Shown piece after piece: positions 59,114 through 64,000 of a stretch of 64,000 bases of DNA. The stretch is taken from NCBI RefSeq assembly GCF_009914755.1, contig NC_060943.1. The stretch is one strand, 5' to 3'. The position numbers and the translations under genes were made by a program. The notes under the pieces are model-generated. The model was not told the origin of the DNA and made no database searches. It worked only from the letters and a program-made list of their open reading frames with translations. Position 1 is the stretch's first letter; each line of letters starts with the position of its first letter. This DNA is from the human T2T-CHM13v2.0 reference genome, Homo sapiens.

Positions 59114-60209
59114 GAGGTGCCAAGCAGGCTGGAGCTCTGGAGCTTCCAGAGGCCTGGGCAGGTTCAGCTCTGGAGAGACACTGCAGCTTCCCTGGCGAGG
59201 CAGGGCTGTGGGCACTGGGCTGTCCATTGTAGGGTGGCAGTGCTGGTTCTGCCTGTGGGGTGGCTCCAGCCTGGCTCCTGGGATGGTGGCAGCCCCAGGG
59301 GACTGCCTCATTCTGCCACCTGCCCATTCCCTGGCTCTCCTTCACCTTTGTCCCTCACCGGCAGCAGAAGCACAGATGGCTGTTCCGTCATCCAGCACGT
59401 GCTGCGGTGCATGTCACAGGGCAAGGTGCTGAGCAGCTGTCTGGTCCCCAACACCTGGTGACACCTTCACAAGCACATAAATCACACTCATCTTGACCAA
59501 CACAAACACATTCACATGGGACAGATACTAATGTTAATGTTTAACCTGGAAAGAGCCATACCCAGCGCAATCGGTGGTGCTCAGGTCCTGGAATGAGGCA
59601 GCCACGGGGAACCCTGGTGCACAGGGACCTAAATGGAATCACTAGTGAGTGGTGACCACGGTCCACCCCGTCTCTCACTCCCCTGATTTCACACCCTAGG
59701 CAAGGCACTGAGCCTGGGTTTCCTCTTCTGTGGACTGGGAACAGCCCAGAAAATTGCTGTGGGCCTCTAGAGGGGTCATGCATGGGACACAGTGAGCCTG
59801 GGCCTGCCGCACAGACATGCCCCGTGGAAGGTGGCTTTTCTGGCGGCTCAGGCTCAACCATACCCCTGCTGCCTTGGCAGGCTTTCTCAGTTCTGCGTAG
59901 CTGTCCAACACTCCGACCACTGTATGCGGCTCAGTCTCCACTTCTGTGAGATGCTCTGTGACCTGGTAGGACCGGCCACCCCTCCGAGCCCCACACGCTG
60001 CCCTGTACCGAAGCTTTGTTGCATACAATTGCAAATCTGTAAATGTCACTGTGTCCAGTGGGCCTTCATTGACTGGCCCTGTGTGATATTTTATTTTGCC
60101 CTGGTTCATTTTCTTCAGAACCTTTATTACGACTTGCAATGAGCTACTTTTTTTTTTTCTCCATCTCTGGTACTAGATGCTGACTCCAGGGTGGTGGCCG
60201 GGAGGTTCT

Positions 60210-60500
60210 TTGTTTTAGTTCCAGATCTCCAGAAACAGACCTGAGACAAAAATCTGGGTGCACCCAAGACAGAAATCTTGGGTGGGAGGTGATCCCAGGA
60301 GGCCTGTGAGGGAGCAGGAAACCAGGTGGGAGGAGAGAGACCAGGGTCCCACCGTGGGTACCAGGACTCATCTGCTCAGGAGAGAGGCTGTGTGAGACAC
60401 ACCTCCAAGGTGTCCTACTCCAGAGGTGAGGAAGCCAGTATTTATTTACCAGGCCCCGGATTATCTCAGCATCTGGACATCTGTGCCAGGTGGGCACCTG
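60210..60500 (-). mobile_element. ERVL LTR fragment (LTR16/33/67 group)
   Basis: CAGAAACAGACCTGAGACAA..TGGGAGGTGATCCCAGGA..GCCAGTATTTATTTACC. Confidence 0.5.
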
Positions 60501-63399
60501 CCCCTCCCCTGAGGGGATGCCTTCCCACCCCTCCTCACTCCGGCCTCCACGGATCTTCTCACTTCTCTTGGGGTGACGATACTATTGTGTCTGCCTTCCA
60601 GTCTCTTTTGGTCTCTGGGCACACAGCTCAGGAGTGGCTCCTGAGGACAGGCCCCGCACCCGGGGAGGGGAGGCAGATGCCGCACTCAAAGACCTGTCCC
60701 CAAGAAGTGCTCCATGAACAGGATTTGGGGAAAAAAATAAACTCCAGGGTGACAAGAGCTAGAAGAAGGATTGAGGACTATTCCATGGGGTCACCTAGAT
60801 CTGGGGGTGGGAGAAGCAAGGAAGGCGTCTCCAAGGAGGGGCAAGGGCCTGGGTGTGAAATCACACAGGATCTGTCCCCACATGAAGGAGAAGGAGACAG
60901 GGAGATGCGGCTGGAGGAACAACATGGATGGAGTCTGTGGGGCCAGGGGGAACAAGGCATATCCAAGGACAGCTAGAGGGTGCAGTGGGGGGCCTGGAGG
61001 GAGGGAGGCAGCAGGAGCTCGGTGGGGCCTTGGCCACAGTCTAGGTACTTGGGATCAGGCCTGTGGTTGCCTGTGAGCTGCTGAGGAACCTTACCTGGTA
61101 GGTGATGTGATAGGAAATGCTTGATTTAAGACGTTGATCTGTTTGGCAGCCTTTGGAAGGAGGGCGGGAGGGCGCGTGAAGGGACACAGATGCCCCAGCC
61201 ACGGGGTGGCAGGTAGATTTAGGTGAGAGGTGGGAGGTCCTTGTCTGAAGCCATCTTGGGGATGGAGAGGAGAGAGGCAAATGTGGACACTCAGCCCTGG
61301 GCCCAAGAAGATGTTCCACTCTACATGGAGAGACAGGGTAAGGAGAGGTAATTCCCGGCTGAGGGGGCACCGAGCAAGGGCATGGAGGTGGGAGAGCCCA
61401 GGAATGGCGGGAGCCTTCTGCTGTGCTGCCGAGTGTGGTCACGATGAAGACTGACATCCGGAGTGTTTAGAAACCACCGCAGCCATTTGACAGAGTCATG
61501 GAGTATGACTGTTCAATCCAATAACATGAAATTGGGGGCTTGTATTTTGTATGGCTTTTCTTTTAATTTCATTTTTCTCATAATTCAAGTTTTATTGAAT
61601 TCTGCAAAAATATTGGCCCGTGACTGATGGGAAACAAAACACCTGGTCTTTCTCTGCAGCTGGTGGGGGTTGGGGTGGGAGGCGCGGGTTGAAGTGCCCT
61701 CCCCATCAGCTCCCATAACTCTGCCTCATCCCAGAGTTTTATTTTTTCTTCATGCCAGAAAAGTCCCTCCCCACACTGATGCCAGCAAGCCAAGCAGGAT
61801 GTCCCCACCCCCAACGCTCTGTCCCCAGATTCTCCTAGCCCCAAAGACATATCTTAGCTCAGATGAGGTAGAGACCCCCTCACCCCAGCTCAGGCTGAAA
61901 GCGAATATTGTTCAGTCTCTTATCCCTGGGGCCAAGCCCGTGTAGGAGGATTGTGTGGTGACCGCAGCTGGCGGCTCCCAACCTCCAGTCCCTGCTGTCG
62001 GCGGCCAAGGCCTTGGAGGTCATTAATGTGGATCGGCACTAATGGATTCTCTGTGCTGGCTTTGTCCCCCAGCGCTATTTTTAACTCATTTTGGACTTTG
62101 AATTGTCCAAATGCATTTTGATGTGTTTGTGAGAAAGGACATAAATAAACCCTTGAGTGTTGTTTCTGTGCAGCTCCTCAGAAACCAACTTCTCATGGCT
62201 CTATTTGCTTTGCTGAGAGCTGAGCATTTCCTGCAACTTACCAAGATGGGCTGAGGCCTGCCCAGCTTCCAGAGTGGCACCTCCACATGTACTCATTTCA
62301 GTGCCACTAACCAAAGCAGTGCCCATTCTCCTGGTAGAGTTTCAGGGGGACCCCCTCTCACCCCTGATCAAAGAGCATGGCAGCCCAGTAGCTGAGTACC
62401 TCCTGTGTACAGGCACCTGGGAGCTTACGATGGGGCAGGCACTGTGGGAAAAGCAAAATCAGAGGCCGACAGTCCCGTCTCCAAGATCCTTCAGTGAACT
62501 GCGGTGACTGTGAACACACAGGAAACCAAGAGGTACACGCCCACAGGCCAACCCCTGGTTTGGGGACAGCCAGGCATTTATGAACACATTCTTCAGGCAG
62601 TGTTTGGCCTGAATACATGTGCTGAGTCCCTGCCTGTTATCTGAAGCCTGCTCAAAGGCAGCTAAGATGGAAGATGTGGCAGGTGGCTGTGCAGGCAGCA
62701 TATGCCACAAGCCACAGCTGTCTCTTTGACAGTGGCCAGGGCTTCCTTATATGAGCAGTTCCCTAAGTCACTCAGGTCTGGAGGCCAGGGATTCTGGCCA
62801 TGCTTCTCATCTTGGCCGGGCCCCCAGTGCAGCGTGGGCCTAAACCATGTTCTGGATTCCTTTAAACACCTCCTGAGCGCTTGGTGTGCTCAGGACTTGA
62901 GCCAGCCTTGGGGTCACTGAGGGAGTAGAGTCCAGCTTGTGTCTGGGAAGGTCTCCTGTTGGCAGAGGAGAAGGTCCTGAGCTGTGGACACCAGTACAGG
63001 GCCGTGGTCCAGCCTTTGGTGCTGCAAAGAACCCCACCTAAGTCACTCAGACATGACACTGTCTTGAAGACGGAGAATGAGGAATGGAGCCAGCCTCAAA
63101 TGTAGGAGAGGCGCTAACTCAATATCTCCAATCAGAAGAAATCAGAAGGTTCCTTATTTCAAAAATCTCTACACATCAAATGCCGTGATTGGCCCAATGG
63201 CTCACCAGTCTTCAGATCAAGTGTAGCCTGAGTGTTCTTTTAAAGTGTGGCTTTCTAGTATAGAGAATCTCCATGTCCCATCACATTGGTTTGGATGTGT
63301 TTATCAGGCTCATTCATCTCTCATGAGAACGTGTAGAGTTTAAAAATCTCTAAAGAAATCCCTGGACGTAAGCTGGTGTCTTGGGCTTGGGTAGTACCA

Positions 63400-63745
63400 G
63401 ATAAAACGAAAACACAGACAGATTTAACATGCTTAGGGGCAAGCATTTCCAGGACTTGGGGATTTATTGGGTTGGGAGTGAGAGGGAGGAAGACACTGAC
63501 TATGATTCCTGGCTTCCATCCTGGGCCCCCTGCAAATGGTGATTATGAAGATGGTGGGTTGGATAGGAGGTTCTGAGTTCCACTTTCAGCATGCTCACTC
63601 TAAGTGGCTGAGACGATGGCCAGTGAAGAGTGTTGGGTCTAGAAGCCTGAAGCTACAGGTCCGGCTATGGAGCTGGATTTGGATGTGGTTGGCACAGAGA
63701 GGACACGAGGCCATGGGAGTAAAGAAAATCTGCAGAGTGCGACCA
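63400..63745 (-). mobile_element. L2 fragment
   Basis: GGACTTGGGGATTTATTGGGTTGGGAGTGAG..ATGATTCCTGGC..GAGGCCATGGGAGT. Confidence 0.55.
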
Positions 63746-63759
63746 GTATAAACAGAGCC

Positions 63760-63960
63760 GCATGCATTTTGCCCTGGAAATTCTCCTTCTAAAAATGTAT
63801 TCCAAGGAAATCATCAGAAATGTGCAGGAGGGGAGGCTTAAGGATAATCATGGCAGAGTTATTTGTGCTTATAAAAACTGGAAGTACCCAAAATTTCCAA
63901 CAAGAAGGGCAAAGTTGGATTTTGTTCCAAAGCATGGAATACAACCTAGCCACAATTACA
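63760..63960 (+). mobile_element. Old L1 (L1ME) fragment
   Basis: GTATTCCAAGGAAATCATCAGAAATGTGC..AAAAACTGGAA..ATGGAATAC. Confidence 0.6.
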
Positions 63961-64000
63961 TCGGTCCATCGTGGTGTGGAATGCTCAAGTGCTGGGAGGA

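Noticed and set aside
58366-59461. ORFs of 183-292 aa
   Set aside because: The GA/TC low-complexity tract lacks stop codons, so these are compositional artefacts.
60326-60976. 216-aa ORF
   Set aside because: GTG start inside an LTR fragment in GC-rich sequence, with no recognisable homology.
61400-61650. Possible hAT-Charlie remnant
   Set aside because: Resemblance (CTGCAAAAATATTGGCCCGTGAC) is too weak to name without Dfam.

Overview
Primate (most likely human) non-coding genomic DNA, intergenic or deep intronic. I see no credible protein-coding gene, tRNA, rRNA or CRISPR array. The long ORFs in the track come from Alu, LTR or simple-repeat sequence. The window holds about 26 Alu copies (J, S and Y types, many with visible target-site duplications, TSDs), several L1, L2 and MIR fragments, many ERVL/MaLR solo LTRs and hAT DNA-transposon remnants. 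The largest interpretable structure is a decayed ERV-L-class provirus (LTR16/HERV16-like) at about 4.74-12.75 kb. Its RT, RNase H, integrase and dUTPase motifs are still readable, it is fused at its 5' side to an MLT1 LTR+internal segment, and it is split by up to four tiers of nested insertions. Other oddities are an old L1MC that jumps from ORF1 straight to its 3' UTR, fold-back (template-switch-like) insertions inside repeats, target sites re-used by successive Alus, Alu-tail pentanucleotide repeats, and repeat-poor islands that may be regulatory or lncRNA exons. Repeat subfamily names were recognised by eye from remembered consensus sequences and need RepeatMasker/Dfam confirmation; boundaries without a stated TSD are approximate. 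I found no evidence for a new biological system.
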